In this document: piece by piece, positions 62,401 to 64,000 of the stretch
Layout of the letters: each line of letters starts with the position of its first letter
Position numbering within the stretch: the first letter of the stretch is position 1
Assembly (NCBI RefSeq): GCF_964355755.1
Contig: NC_092675.1
Span: forward strand, 10,597,812-10,661,811
Length of the DNA stretch: 64,000 bases
Origin: Antedon mediterranea
Taxonomy: Eukaryota > Animalia > Echinodermata
Direction of reading: 5' to 3'
Made by a program: the position numbers and the translations under genes
Notes under the pieces: model-generated
The model's input: only the letters and a program-made list of their open reading frames with translations
The model's database searches: none
Told to the model about the DNA's origin: nothing

Positions 62401-64000
62401 GTTTATCCACAACATGTTCAAGTGTATTTAATGCTATAGAAATAATAATCTGCTGGTATACAAAAACCTCTTCTGTTTAAATATAAATTTCGTTATAGAA
62501 AATTTAAAATAACAAATACTGAGAGCTCCTTCTAATCCACAATTCTCTCATTTGGGAATAAAAAATGATTCTCCCTTAAATTGAACTCGTGAATTCAAAT
62601 TCAATTCAAGAAATAGTCAGATGACGTCAGATATACACGCTTTAAAGATTATCAGATAAGGATCATCATTAATCTCGTACAGTATGAATTATAATATTTT
62701 TCTGCAACTTACTGTATTGATCTAAGCTATTCAAATACGGTACGGTGTAAACATACGTTGTTATTAAAGATTATTAATATCTTTTAGTCAAAATGCTCTC
62801 CAGGTGGATAACATCTTGAAATGAGAGCGCGTCTTATGTTTTTATTAATTTTAGTAAACCTTATTTAGTGAGGGTGACCCTAAACAGCATATGCTGACAA
62901 TCAAGGGGCCCTCATATAAACATTATAAAAAAAAACATGGACAAAGAAAAACGGGTGAACTATGTTTTGAAAAATATATAGCCTATACGTAATACAAAAA
63001 TAATTATAGCCTACAATATTATACAAAACGTTGTTGTTATGTATTCAGTACAGTTTATTTTTGTTTTGTATTTACGTAACTATTACTTTCGATGGAGAGA
63101 TTCCGAAATAAAATATTGAATGAATGAATTTTATCATTACATTATCATATTTTATATTCATTATCATACACTTGGCTAATAAAAATATCCAGCTACGATT
63201 GGCTGGCTTCTTCCGAATGGGAACGTCGTCATTGATTGGCTAAGTACGTACAACCTTGTCCTTTATATGAACTTTTCAAGCAGACATTACTATCGTACGA
63301 TTTTCAACCATCCATTCACAGACTTGCAATGAATTTTTCAAGGAAAGAAGCAGTTCGTACGGATTGTAACACGAAATTTATAATTTATTTATGTACAATT
63401 TTTATTCAAAATGGTTTCTTTTTTGTTCACAATGTTTACACAAATTAGCCTCTTTCGTAATTTGTTGATAATCAATATTTCACTATCAAACATCAACATA
63501 ATATGTACATTAACAAATAAAAAAGTATAATTTGGTCGAGGACAAGAGATTCAAACAAGTCTGTCACTGCTGCAGTACGCCCCTCCTCAAAAGACAATCC
63601 ATAAAAAAGAATTTCACGTACGTGTATTCAATACACTGAATCGATTTTGTAACTATTTTTAGTTCCAGATGGTGGCTGCTGAGTAAAAACCCGTGAGACG
63701 ATAACACTTGGACATATTATTTGTTTACTATAGTTTAGTAGCCCGGCTATACCTACCTGTATTTACTCTCGCAGACTTCAATCATTTAATTTGTCTAACA
63801 ATGAGAATAATTATGAAACAGACAGCAAATTGAGCTACCTGAAATTAACTGTTATTAAGAAAAACGCAGTGTAGGAAAAACCTAGCAATGGATTTTACAC
63901 AGGCTACAGAGCCTAGTTAAAATTAGGCCCATGGTTTTATTTGATTCGAAAAGAGGAAATGAGCCAACAGTTTGAATGAATATAAAACACTATTGTGATT

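Noticed and set aside
62870-62913. GAGGG..CCCTC stem-loop
   Set aside because: Looks like an isolated LINE/SINE 3' end; too short to call an ncRNA.

Overview
AT-rich, intron-rich animal genomic DNA, probably a marine invertebrate (inferred from the repeat and gene style; species not determined). Two LDL-receptor-family genes lie in tandem on the minus strand. Gene A (49930->37221, 12 coding exons, about 878 aa) is a complete VLDLR/lipophorin-receptor-type gene: signal peptide, 8 LDLa repeats, EGF-EGF-YWTD propeller-EGF, Thr/Pro-rich stalk, transmembrane helix and FDNPVY tail. Its intron 2 hides a candidate second promoter (SRE-like motif, three CCAAT boxes, TATA, Inr) and a second signal-peptide exon that would give a 7-repeat, LDLR-like isoform. 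Gene B (29930->at least 9305) has an unusual architecture: signal peptide, Ig domain, 8 LDLa, EGF-EGF-YWTD-EGF, with no transmembrane or NPxY exon that I can find in the window. The rest is repeats: a degenerate tRNA-Val(AAC), hAT-derived elements with 6-bp TSDs (one nested), a P-like element with a 7-bp TSD, Tx1/L1, RTE and Harbinger relics, two large foldback palindromes, 30-, 61- and ~79-bp minisatellites and a 584-bp tandem duplication. All exon boundaries were read by eye from GT/AG sites and reading-frame phase; there is no transcript or database support.
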